This document shows, one piece after another, positions 11,587 through 24,317 of a stretch of 64,000 nucleotides of DNA (position 1 is its first letter; every line of letters starts with the position of its first letter). The stretch lies in assembly GCF_964355755.1 (NCBI RefSeq), contig NC_092673.1, forward strand, positions 29,075,648-29,139,647, given 5' to 3'. The stretch comes from Antedon mediterranea (Eukaryota > Animalia > Echinodermata). The translations under genes and the position numbers were made by a program. The notes below the pieces were generated by a model. That model searched no databases, was not told where the DNA came from, and was given only the letters and a program-made list of their open reading frames with translations.

Positions 11587-14500
11587 ATGGGATCGGAAAA
11601 GGAACAACAAGCTATTCAGAAGAAAATGCAAGAGGAAGTGAATAAATTGAGAGCTGTGCAATCAGGTAAATATGCAGTAGGCCTAGGCTAGAGCCTAAAA
11701 GTTCAAAATTCAGACCAGAAAAAGTGTTTCTTCCTCACAAGCAAATACACTAGGAGGCCTAGGCCTAGGCCTCCTAGGGGATCCAGTCAAGTCGCCCCAT
11801 CGCAAAGTCGCCCCATACAAAGTCGCCCAATACAAAGTCGCCCCATCGCAAAGTCGCCCCAAAACAAAGTCGCCCCGGCACAGTCGCCCCATCGCAAAGT
11901 CGCCCCATTACAAAGTCGCCCCATCGCAAATTCGCCCCATCGCAAAGTCGCCCCAACGCAAAGTCGCCCCATCGCAAAGTCGCCCACGGTTTTAATCATA
12001 TTGGTTGCGTTTGATATCGATTGCGTTGTTACTTTGGTCGCGCTAATGTCGTATACAGTAGTTTATCCTATATACATAATTTGTGTTTTAATTTTTATTT
12101 TACAGGTTTTAATGGAGTGATGTGCTTTTTAAAAATCATTAAAAAAATAGTCCCTTGTTTGAAAGTTCTAAAAAGATTATCCCTGATTTATAGTTTCGAA
12201 AATGTTAATTTAATATGATTTTAAAATTAGTTACCAGAGCCACAATTACGAATCTTTCTTCAACCTACGCGTGGATACCAGCTAATTTTTTAGGATAATA
12301 TAATAAATGTATAAATGTGTAGTAGCCTAGGCCTTCCTATAGATTTACAGTAGTTAAAACAATAACAGTGTTGTAAGACAATGAGTGTTATAGGCTACTT
12401 ATTGATCATTTTACATTTATTGACAAGTTATGTGTCTTAATTTTATAATGACTTTTCAAAATAAAGAAATAAAAAAAAAGGATTTCATCGCCGATATGAT
12501 TGTTTTACATGCAGGTATTTTAGTAAAATTAAAACGCTACATTTTGACCATGGAAAAACCATCGTACAGTATCGTGTGCGTGTTTTTTAAAAAGGGGAAT
12601 CCCCGACGGTCAGCAGAAAGACGTAGCAGCTGAGAGGAAACAGATACCAGAAGGCGCAGCTCCGATTGGTTTCAGAGAATGTTTCAGATGGCGAGTCGCC
12701 TTTTATTCAACAGCACAATGATCATTTTACTGAAGAAATTCTTTTCAAGGTTAGGCCTAGAACATTCTAATTATCATGCCTAATAAATATCCTCATATCG
12801 GGTATTTATTTAATTTTAAATTAAACAAGACAGTGAAGAGGCACGGAATAATACGTACACGGACGTACGACGAATACACACACGCACGTCATCATTTACG
12901 ACATATAGTGGTGATATGATGCAATTTTATAACGGATATAATGATGGGATTGCCTTTCCAGGCTTACAATCAATGTTCATTACGTAATACTATGTATATA
13001 ATAGTAAACTGAATGTTTATAAATAAATTGTTTTACGTAATTTATTGCATATAAAATAAAAGACACAGACGTAGCCTACGTTTCCTATAAAATATTTCAC
13101 ATTTAAATAATTATGTAGGCCTACTGCTAAATGACATTATGCTGGAATATTATAATCTTAAACTATGTTTACAAATTATTAATATAGGTCTAGTAATAAT
13201 AATACATATTCATCGACCAAAGTAAAAATAATCTAGATCGTATAACATCATTTTATCGCGACTAAATTTAAACGCGACCGATTTCGAACGCGACTGATAT
13301 CATCGTAAAACTCCGGCGGGGTTTCCCCATTTTCAGATGGTGCGTTGTAGTACGACGACAACGGCGGAGTAATTACGGGGGTTTCCCTCTGGTAAGCTAG
13401 CACGTTAGTGCGACCGCGGAGTGATTAGTCGGGTGCTTCCTCTCTGATGATGGGGGTGCGTGCCGATCGTGTGACCTGAGACTACATGGCGGGGCTTCCC
13501 CTTTTTATGCCTACACGTTCCGTGTTATTTTGTGTATCATTGCGACATTTTACGCACTTGTAAACTATTTTTTAACGTTTTGGGGCGACTTTGCGATAGG
13601 GCGACTTTGTGATGGGGCGACTTTGCGATGGGGCGACTTTGCGTTGGGGCGACTTTGCGATGGGGCGACTTTGCGATGGGGCGACTGTGTCGGGGCGACT
13701 TTGTTTTGGGGCGACTTTGCGATGGGGCGACTGTGTAAGGGGCGACTTTGTATGGGGCGACTTTGCGATGGGGCGACTTGACTAGCATCCCCTCCTAGCT
13801 CCCCTAGCTAGTACTAGCGATGGTAGGTGGTCCCGATGGTAGCCTGTAGTAGTAGGCTAGGCTAGAGTAGGGGCGTAGGCCTAAATAAAGACAGATCGAT
13901 GCTGTTATGTACCCTTTCAGGACTTCTACTACTAGGCCGGGCTAGGTATATACCAGTTAGCCTAGCTAGGCCAAACGGCGTAGCCTCTAGGGCCAGGCCT
14001 ACATACATTTAGCCTATTATATAGGCTAGGCCTAATTAATGTTGATAACATTTTATGAATAAATAACAGAAATCTATTCTATAAAAGAGAAATCGAAAAA
14101 AATAAATTAAGAGAGAAAAGAAGGAGACAGAATTCAGAAAGCAGAAATTAAACTACGCCTAGCTAGCTAGGCCGGATGCTACTAGTCAAGTCGCCCCAAA
14201 ACAAAGTCGCCCCAAAACAAAGTCGCCCCATACAAAGTTGCCCCATACAAAGTCGCCCCATCGCAAAGTCGCCCCATCGCAAAGTCGCCCCATCGCAAAG
14301 TCGCCCCATCGCAAAGTCGCCCCATCGCAAAGTCGCCCCAAAACAAAGTCGCCCCATCGCAAAGTCGCCCCATCGCAAAGTCGCCTCAACACAAAGTCGC
14401 CCCATCGCAAAGTCGCCCCAATGATACACAAAATAACACGGCATAAAATGGGAAGCCCCACCATAATGTAGTCTCTCAGGTTACACGATCGGCACGCTCC

Positions 14501-17306
14501 CCCATCATCAGCAGAGAGGAAGCCCCCGACTAATCACTTCGCGGTCGATCGCACTGAGCTCACCAGAGGGAAACCCCCGTAATTACTCCATCTGAAGATG
14601 GGGAAACCCCACCGGAGTTTTACGATATCAGTCGCGTCGCGTTTGAAATCGGTCGTGTTTAATTTTGGTCGCGATAAAATGATGTTACGATCTAGATTAT
14701 TTTTACTTTGGTCGATGAATATTTATTATTATTATTAGGGCTATAGGCCTATTAATAATTGATTTTTTTTTATTTTACAGGTTTATGATGAGAAAGATGT
14801 GTGCCTTAAAAAATGACAATTTGTAAACATAGTTTAATTATAGTATTATTCGGCATAATGTCATTTAACAGTACATGATTATTTAAATGTGAAATATTTG
14901 ATAGGGAACGTAGGCTACGTCTGTGTCTTTTATTTTATAGGCAACAAATTACGTAAAACAATTTATTTATAAACATTCAGTTTACTATTATTAGTATTAC
15001 AATTAACATTGATTATAAGCCAGGAAAGGCAATCCCATCATTATATCCATTATAAAATTGCATCAAATAACCACTTATGTCGTAAATGATGACGGCGTGC
15101 GTGTGTGTATTTGTCGTACGTCCGTCGTGTACGTATTATTCCGTGCCTCTTCACTGTCTTGTTTAATTTAAAATTAAATAAACACCCGATATGAGGATAT
15201 TTATTAGGCATGATAATTAGAATGTTCTATAACCAAAAGGGTTGAAAAGAATTTCTTCAGTAAAATGATCACTGTACTGTTGAATAAAAGGCGACTCGCA
15301 ATCTGAAACCAATCTGAGCTGCGCCTTCTGGTATCTGTTTCTCTCACAGCTGCTACGTCTTTCTGCTGACCGTCGGGGATACTCACACGATACTCTACGA
15401 TGGTTTTCCCATGGTCTAAATGTAGCGTTTTAATTTTGCTAAAATACCTGCATGTATAAAACGATCATATCGGCGATGAAATCCTTTTTTTTTTAGTATT
15501 TTTTATTTCTTCATTTTGAAAAGTCATAATAAAATTAAATAACAATAGATACATAACTTGTCAATAAATGCAAAATGATCAATAAGTAGCCTATAACACT
15601 CATGTCTTACAACGCTGTTATTGTTTTAACTAATCTATACGAAGGCCTACTACACATTTATACATTTATTATATTATCCTAAAAAATGAGCTGGTATCCA
15701 CACGCGTAGGTTGAAGAAAGATTCGTAATTGTGGCTCTGGTAACTAATTTTAAAATCATATTAAATTAACATTTTTGAAACTATAAATCAGGGATAATCT
15801 TTTTAGAACTTTCAAACATAGAACTATTTTTTTAATGATTTTTAAAAAGCACATCACTCAATTAAAACCTGTAAAATAAAAATTAAACCACAAGTTATGT
15901 ATATAATAGGATTAACATTATAATGTATACGACATTTAGCGCGACCAAAGTAACAACGCGATCAATGTCAAACGCAACCGATATGATTAAAACAGCGTAC
16001 TATACTAACTACCAAAATAAAACCGTGCGGCGTGGGCGACTTTGCGTTGGGGCGATTTGGCGACTTTGCGATGGGGCGACTTTGTGATGGGGCGACTTTG
16101 CGATGGGGCGACTGTGCCGGGGCGACTTTGCGATGGGGCGACTTGACTAGGCCCTGGACTAGACTAGAGTAGAGAGGGTGAAGAAGAGATACCCTTGAAT
16201 GAACAAACATGTGAAGGAAGAGTAGGCCCCTAATCTGTAATGTTTTTTAGTTTGCAGCGACCAATGTACTGTAACTGATTTTGAATGCAGATCTCAAACG
16301 TAGATTGATTCATATTGACTTTATTCGTATCCAAAAATAATTTTTTTATGACATTGTGTTAATCTTTTTATTTAGAATTCCAAACAGCAGCAACAGCACG
16401 GCAACAACTTGATGCTCAGTTAAATGAAAACACCATCGTTAAAGATGTAAGACTAAATCTTAAGTTAATATTTATAATAATTACAAAACCACTAACCAGT
16501 CAATCCCTAGTAGGGGAGAATTCAATTTCATAAAATTCACTGACCTATGACCCTAGAAATAGTGCACATACGGGACCATTGAGACACAGTTCATCACATA
16601 ATTCCATGGCATATGTCTGTCCATAGAGATATTATAGTTCACTATAAATATCTCTATGGTTTGTCGGATTTTAGGTCCAGGTAGTGACGACCAGCAATGC
16701 AATAAGTCCTAGGTTTCATAAAGTTTTTTTTTTAACCATATTTAATGAGGGTGATCCATCCAGCAATTGCTGATCATTAGGGGTTTACAAGACAAAAATA
16801 TACACAAGATGCTCTACATAAACAAAGTATTATTACAAGTCTTTGGGATTGGAGTTGTAATTTTGTCCTTAGAAAAAATCCTGACATGTGACGGGACTTG
16901 AACCCAGTAATAATATGTACACAGTGTTAATGTTGACAATTTTTCCTTTGTTTTTTAGGAACTAGATTTACTGGAAGCAGATTGTAAGGTTTACAAAATG
17001 TTAGGTCCTGTTCTCGTGCCTCAAGATCTTGTGGAAGCTAAGCAAACAGTTTCCAAAAGAATGGAGTACATTGGAGCTGAATTGTAAGTATAAACATGCC
17101 ATTTAACCTATACTCATTTTCTTTGCAAACTACTAACATAATTTCTCTTAAATTAAGTTGAATTTGATTGGGTTTTCCCCCTCAGAAAACGTCAACAGAC
17201 ATTAATAGAGAGTATTGACAAAAAGCAAGATGTCCACCGAGAAAAACTGAACAAATTGCAACAAGATTTTCAAAAGATGGCTGTGGGAAAACCTGTAAAA
17301 TCTTAA
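11587..17306 (+). CDS. PFDN6: Prefoldin subunit 6
   Basis: Exons 11587-11665, 16376-16446, 16959-17083, 17186-17306. Translation MGSEKEQQAIQKKMQEEVNKLRAVQSEFQTAATARQQLDAQLNENTIVKDELDLLEADCKVYKMLGPVLVPQDLVEAKQTVSKRMEYI... Confidence 0.92.
11779..13790 (+). mobile_element. Non-autonomous Mutator/Foldback-like element A with 16-bp subterminal repeat arrays
   Basis: GG...CC termini; inverted arrays of AAAGTCGCCCCATCGC at both ends; 9-bp TSD cctcctagg/cctcctagc (8 of 9 match); no transposase ORF. Confidence 0.85.
14174..16148 (-). mobile_element. Second copy (B) of the same element in inverted orientation
   Basis: Interior is the reverse complement of 11779-13790, with substitutions and small indels; the right tip appears trimmed at a ctag microhomology. 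Confidence 0.85.
16622..16658. mobile_element. 37-bp palindromic micro-MITE, P-element-like
   Basis: gtctgtc|CATAGAGATATTATAG...CTATAAATATCTCTATG|gtttgtc: CA..TG ends and a 7-bp TSD with 1 mismatch. Confidence 0.55.
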
Positions 17307-17875
17307 ATGTATGAACAGAACAAAATAAAGCGCTACCAATGTGACGTCATCCAGAATTTTCCACCAACAGTGTTGCGTTTCTTTCTGTTTGTGTAATTCA
17401 TGTGTGTGGAACTGAAATAGAAATTGCAACAGAATATAGTTAGTACACATTTTTTTCATGGATTGCAAAAGAGGAAAATGTTGATACAGCAGTTGCTGCT
17501 GTACAACTTTTAATTGTCCATGAAAGGCACTTTCTCAGTGACCGTTGTATGCGATGGACAATTCTATGGATGTGAGGTAAATGGGGTTTGTCAATGTTTC
17601 TTTGCACTCATCCCAATATACTTTTATGTGCAACGGACAAGCTTTGCGCACTTATAAAATACTCAATGGTGCATGACTAGAGTGCCTGGCTTAAAATCTC
17701 ACCGTTTATTTTAAAGAATTTCTATGTATTCTAAATTAAAACTTTGCGCCAACCAAACATGGCTTTAAATGTTTGACAAATTGTTTGCATTTTAAAATGC
17801 TGCTTAGTCGCTTGTATAACTTGTAGATGAAGCACCATTGCCAAGAATTATTGTTTAGATATTTTGAATTTAGTA

Positions 17876-18158
17876 AGGCCGTTTCCGCAGCCAAAAATTT
17901 TACAGATAATTATCGCATTCAGATCAAATTTGTAACCTTTGACCCAAGGGAAAAATTGTTGCATTGTGATTGAGCGATTTGTGTAACGGTAATGGTCGAT
18001 CATGCACACCTGATTTAAAAAAAAAATCTGTTGTTTTGTTATAACATTGTGATTGAGCGATTTGTATTACGGTAATGGTCGATCATGCACACCTGATTTA
18101 AAAAAATATTATCTTTTTTATTTTGTTATAATTTTGTTACGTCTGCTGAAACATGGCC
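17876..18158. mobile_element. Degenerate Harbinger-like MITE with an internal ~83-bp direct duplication
   Basis: aggccgtttccgcag...ctgctgaaacatggcct ends; cattgtgattgagcgatttg...cctgatttaaaaaa occurs twice. Confidence 0.5.
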
Positions 18159-19593
18159 TAACTAAAATTATAATAAATAAGGGACCATTTCAAAATTACA
18201 TTCTGAAATACATTTTCTACTCTTTAACCGATATATTCACTTATTAAGTAAGTTTTTTATTAGTAACCATATGGAGTAGAATTATTGAAAAGATACACAT
18301 TGAGACTAAAATCGTACATTGTCATAAAAAATGCAGCTGTGATGTACTTTTACCTACAGTAGAATAACTTGACATGATCCCTAACCAAACTGTGTGATTA
18401 AAATGTATTTCAATTATTGGTTGTAAATTAAAAACAATTGAGAGCCAGTTGTCTTGCTCTTAATTGGCACACTAATTTCCATTAGACTCCATTTTTCTCT
18501 TGTTTCTTTATTTTTCATACATGTGTAGCTGCTGTCACAACACCATGTGGTGCATTGCTACGAAATTCATTATGCCTCGTTCATTTGTTTTAATCATTTC
18601 TAGTGAGAGGACAAATACTGTACACTCAAATACACAAAAGATGTACAGTATTTACTTTTGTAAATAAAAATGATTTCACTTATAAAAGGACAAAAGAAAC
18701 GGTTAATTTTACCAAAAACCATTGTTTTAAGTATTTTTTGCTTCAAATTATATTTTTTGAGGTAAATAATTTTTTTTTTGGATCTAGTTTTTGATCAAAG
18801 TGAATAAAGTAACTATGTCATGCATATTTAAAAAAATGGAAAAAAAATATTTTTTTAGGGGGTCAAATATATCTTTAAGAATTAGATAAATGGGATTCCT
18901 GATAAATGCTGGCTACGATTTGTGTCATATTTTTCTGATAATTAAAAAACAAAGTACTACAAACACACAAGTAAATTAATTATACAATTTAATAAACAGA
19001 AAATATTGCATATACAGTACTGTTTTAGTACTCTAGAAAATAAATTACAAGCAGAATTAAATAATTTGCCATATTTGGAATGAAAAACACTGGTAATGTA
19101 AAATGATGGTTTATTCAGTTATTTGCCTAATTTAATCAAAGATGTAATTCATACTCTAATAAAAAAATATTTAGTTTTAAATGCAATATTAGCATATTTA
19201 ACATATTTATTTGGTTATCAATACAGAATAAAATGCTTCATAGCTAGTCATAGTCACTCTATCATGAGGTTGGGAGTGCAAATGGAATATGACCATCCAT
19301 ACTACCACGCGGCAACAAATTTGACCATCCATACTACCACGCGGCAAGAACATATGCTGAGAACATCCGATTAAGTTTGTACTCCCATTTATTTCTAGCT
19401 GCAAACAATAAAATTAACTACAGTACTTAACAGTGACGATTTCAGGTTTGTAAAAAAGTGCTGAACCTAATTTTCAACATTTAGGACCCCCCCCCCCCCG
19501 GCAACACCAACACCCGGCAACACCAACACCCGGCAACACCAACACCCCTCCCCACCACAACCTAGGATCTTCCTTTGTTAGTTTTGACATTGT

Positions 19594-21477
19594 TTAAACT
19601 TTTTGTAGTTCATAATGTCTCCCTAAAGCAAGTTCCCAAGGCTTATAAGCACACGAACACAAGAACTTAAGGCAGTTTCTTATATAACCCTCGTCAAACG
19701 GGTTCACGTCCTCCCCGATGTTCTTTAAATATGTTATCCTATGACGTGCCATAAATTCCCAAGTAGTTTGGTTAGTAAACATCATGAACGTGTGACAGCA
19801 GAACAGACTGCCAACAACGAACCCAGAAAATAGAAGTACTAAAAATGCAATGAGAATTATGGCGTTCATTTTCAACCAACTGTCGGGCGTCGTTCCGGTT
19901 CTAAAACCGCTCCTGTAAAAAAGAAAATAAAGTTTTTTAGAATTTCACTATGTGAAAGTTCTGTAAGTATACATAAATTGTTTTTTATTTAACGATTCTT
20001 ACTTTGTACAGTATATTGTATAATAATTATAGCATTTTTATAGCTGCAGTTAAGACAGTTGAGTTTATCTGCAAAGAGGCAAGGCCGTAGTGAGAGGGTA
20101 AAAACAGACGAGGCAAAGATGCTTTAAATATATTTATTATAAAATAAGAAGATCTGTGCTGGGAAATTGGGGTGGGTGGTGATGGGGCGAGCATCTCTTC
20201 TGTCTCATGCTGGCTATGGCCTGAGAGATCCACCACCTTGGGTTACAAAACAAGTAACAGCAGGCTTTACCAAGTTAGTTTAATGGCCCATAAAACCAGT
20301 AGCATCTCACAGAGAAGAAATAACCAGAAGTATTTATGGTTTCGTTCCCCAACACAGTTTTCTAGCCATGGACAGTGATGATCAAATTTGCGAACACATC
20401 GACCGCACTCTGAGCAGTGCTTTGAACGTACTGGTTGCTGAAAACAAACAAAGTTAAATGAATCAGTCATGTGGCTGACTCCCCATATTTGGAATTATGC
20501 CTCCACAGCATATTCATGTGAGGCGTCCACTCTCCCTCAAACTCCTCAAATAAAACTTGTTCATATTGTTTAACTGACATGCATATTCTTATTTGTAATA
20601 CACCTTGAAATTGTTTGATAAGGTTGAAACATAAATGTATAAAGTATTCAACATGCTTTTAAACCAGAGATTTTATACAACAGTAATGAAATTTATCATC
20701 TTGTTCAACACAAAATATTAATTTACTTCTACGCAACAAGAGTCGCACTTTCTGCGACGTAGCTTTCCGAGCATCATGGCCGCTTCGGATTCTATGTTAC
20801 AGTCTTCCTCAGAATCATCAGATGATGAACTCAAGCTGACGGTAAACGTGGCTTTTCTCTGAAAAAGATAAATTCAGAATTCATGAAATGAAATATCAAT
20901 GAACATTTTCAGAGATAATTTGTCTAAATTTATTGTTGTTTCTCATTTCATCATTAATGTATTCTTGAACTGCGACCATGTAAATTTCATGTAAAGGATG
21001 GAATAAAGTTTATCTGTATCTATAACATAAATAAATTGATTGTGATTTTGAAAAAAAAAACATTCATAAATTTACCCTTTCTTTACCCTTTGGTACATAT
21101 CCTGGATCCATGAGGCTAGCAGCAAAATACAGTGATCCAGACACTGTAACCAATGCAGTAAATGCAGAAATTAGGAAAATGTTTCGGTCATTGATTGCAT
21201 CCTTCAATTCTAGCAAAAAAAAGATATTGGAAAATAAAATAAAATATTTTGCTGTGTACTAAACAATGTGATACATTTAATATTTTGTTTTTTTTAAGTT
21301 TCAAATTGAATAAATTAATTGTCAGATTGTACCTGTATCCATGAAAATGAGGACACAGATGATAGAAACAGTAAGTACCAAGTGAAAGACACGAATAAAA
21401 ATGCCAGAAATCATGCTCATCTCAAGTTTGAAGTACTTTGTAATTAACTGACTGCTGTTCATTGTTGTCACAATCAT
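19594..21477 (-). CDS. ZDHHC12: DHHC palmitoyltransferase, ZDHHC12-like
   Basis: Exons (-) 21477-21333, 21209-21076, 20858-20727, 20437-20271, 19912-19594. Motifs [63 protein letters not shown]. The exact start Met is uncertain. Confidence 0.88.
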
Positions 21478-23098
21478 AGATTACTGCAGTAATTGCCTAA
21501 AAATGGTAAGAAACTATACAATTTAAATGCTTTAGATAAAATAAATGCCACTAATATGATAAGTCCCCCTTTTTTACAACAAAAAAACCCATTATTATGG
21601 CCCATAATATAATTTATATGAATCATGGCCTATATTAATTATTATTAAAATAAATGATTAGGGCCGATACCAATCTTGACAACTAGTACTTAGTACTTAG
21701 GCTACCTTGGCCCTATTTATATGGTTCTCTACAAATCTGAGAAAAGAGAAGCATGTGTAGGCCTATATACAGTAGGTGGGAAAGGGGATCAGCAGGCGCA
21801 TGGCGCACAGCAGAGTTGTCTAGTATAGTGTAGCAGGGCCTCCTCCTATAGGCCTAGCCTAGTAGAGTAGGTAGTGGGCTAATTGTTGGCATTAATATAG
21901 CCATCTAGATAATAAAAACTTAGCGAAAACTATGCACAATGCAAGTGTGTTGATAAGAGTGAAAATAAACGCCAAAAAAACCCTAAAAACTAGGCTACAC
22001 CAACACCAACATCAGGTAATTTCGAAACATCATTTTGAACAACTTGGAGGTTCTATACCTTTATGACGCGCCATATGTGCATTTTGTTTTTTAAATTGTT
22101 ATACTGTACTTGAATGAACGATAATATTAATGTATATAGCAAGTAGTTACAGTATTATAACGCGTGTACAAATCTAAACAATTTAGAATGTGCACTTTAA
22201 AAAAATAAATTGTATCGGAACACGTTATAATAGTTTGTATGGGGTGATCTTTGGAAAAGCTGTGGCCATTAAATTATTGCCGATTGGGTGGTGTGTTACA
22301 CTATTCGGTTCTATGATTGCATTGGTCAGAAGTTCTTAAATACTGTAATAGCTGGTACCGTCGTGCGCGTGTAGTAGGACTAATTTAAACTAATTCGTCT
22401 ATACATTGTACTCAAGATGAATTAAATTTGTCAACATGGAATAGTACTGTTATACAAAATAGAAATATAGTTACTATAACCTTCTATTCGTATGTTGTGC
22501 TAATGTTCAATGTGTTGAACCAAGTACATTATTAACTTATGGACTGTTACAGTATATCGCGTCGACGAACGAAGCATGCAAATAGATCCCAATTGAACCA
22601 ATCGCAGCGCTTGGAATCCAAAGATTGGAATTGTTTAAGTAACAATGGTCCCTATGATTTAACATAAGCAAGGGAATATTGAAAAAGGACAGATAATTTG
22701 CTAGTAGAACAGGAAGAACACAACGAGAAATTGGTAAGATCAAACTCCAACTTTGTATTATTTTGTGTGTGTAATACCCGGTTTAAATGTATGAATGGAA
22801 TAATGAAGCCATGTTTCATTTGTTGCAAATTACTCATTGTCGTATCACACATTGTTCAAACCTCTCCTGCTCCGTCGTTGTCGGCATGTCCATAGAATGC
22901 TAGGAAACTGAATTTGTGTATGTGTTTTACTTGTAGAATAACCCATTCACCAAATTGGGTACTTTATGTATTTCTATTTTCGAAGTTAATAAAGGCATAA
23001 ATGGCGCTCCGTAGAAGTAGAGAATGCTCCAGTCGTCAAAATGACGTTCTAAATATGCCTCACAAGTCGAGCGAAGAAGAAGAGTGAATGAGGGGAAC

Positions 23099-23935
23099 CA
23101 AAGAATATATATCACAAGAATGAGTAATCCGCGATTTTCCCTGTAACAGTAATATTGTCCATGTGGTAGGGCGCCGCCATAAGTGTGGATGTATCTGGGA
23201 TGTATACAACTTTTTGTGACGGTTTCACTAATCAAAGGCTAGACCACCGGTAGTATTTACATGATAAAAAATGTTATCAACTACATGCCAACATCATGTT
23301 AAATACTATTTGGATATCTAATTGTTCGTTTTATGCAATTTATTTAGTAAAAACTGCCGTATAAACAGTTTGCTTTATCAACCGGGCGCTACAATAGCGT
23401 GACCGGGCGTGTTGGTGTTTACGCGTTTTCACGAACGATAGTTTAATAATATTCCTATATTTAACTTGTTTCTGGTAAAACAAATAAATGTTAATAACAT
23501 TTAACATTTTATCCTAATAATAACATGTATTTTATACTAATTTATATCATATAAACAATACTTAATTTACCGGGCGTAGAGTAGTACGCGGCAATGGTAA
23601 AGAATAGGCCAGTCCAGAGTAACGATTTGTTGATTTTGGTGTTGCTGTGTTAGGCCTTTTTTGTGAACTAATTTAGCATGTTAGTAAATAATTGTCTGTA
23701 AAAGTGAATGTACACTAGTTTGTTAATAAATATGTATTATAAAATAGTTTACAATTGCGAAATATATTATCATAATTCTATTTAATGTGACATGTATAAT
23801 ATCTATTAAATCAAGTCTTATTTAGTATGTATACATCCGCCCTTATGAGGGCGGGCATCACTCTCTGGAGCTCTCTGTTACAAATTTCTCATGCAAAAAT
23901 CGCGGAATACTCATTCTTGTGATATATATTCTTTG
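23099..23935. mobile_element. 837-bp non-autonomous P-element-like transposon
   Basis: ~40-bp TIR CAAAGAATATATATCACAAGAATGAGTA(A/T)TCCGCGATTTT; perfect 7-bp TSD ggggaac (23092-23098 and 23936-23942). Confidence 0.8.
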
Positions 23936-24136
23936 GGGGAACGGAGGAACCGAACGGTAGGGATACTGGGAATCCGAGATACGTGTGGGTAGCCTAGACG
24001 CCTAGCAATGTTTTCTAATAATAGAATGTACATTCCTAAACCGATTTTTATACTAATAGGCCTTAGTAGGGCGTAGCGGCCGCGCTCTGTTCCAATCCTC
24101 TCCTCTTTTCTATCTAGGCCCAGAGACTCCACTGAC

Positions 24137-24274
24137 TGTACTTTCGCACCTAACTGGGCATAAAGAAGAGTTAGTTCCCCTTGTAAGACTGGGTCAGTTC
24201 ACGCAGTAGCGGGTGAGTATTTTTAAATTGGGTTAGTTAAGCTTAAACTCGATGGATAAGGTGCGAAAGTACAA
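24137..24274. mobile_element. Small MITE-like inverted repeat just upstream of the POMT1 start
   Basis: tgtactttcgcacct ... aggtgcgaaagtaca. Confidence 0.5.
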
Positions 24275-24317
24275 TAGCAAAAGATTAACTTTATATGATT
24301 ATTAATTAGGTTCAACA

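Noticed and set aside
11710-16210. ORFs with GRLCDGATLRWGDF / KSPHRKVAP repeats
   Set aside because: Translations of the 16-bp transposon terminal arrays.
22537-23235. Minus-strand ORFs in a GC-richer segment between ZDHHC12 and POMT1
   Set aside because: The 102-aa ORF crosses the P-like element boundary at 23099. The frames do not join even after removing the insertion, and I recognise no domain. A decayed gene or lncRNA cannot be excluded.
23836-23890. Hairpin considered as a U7-like snRNA or a Helitron end
   Set aside because: It lies inside the P-like element, with no matching Sm site arrangement and no CTAG terminus.
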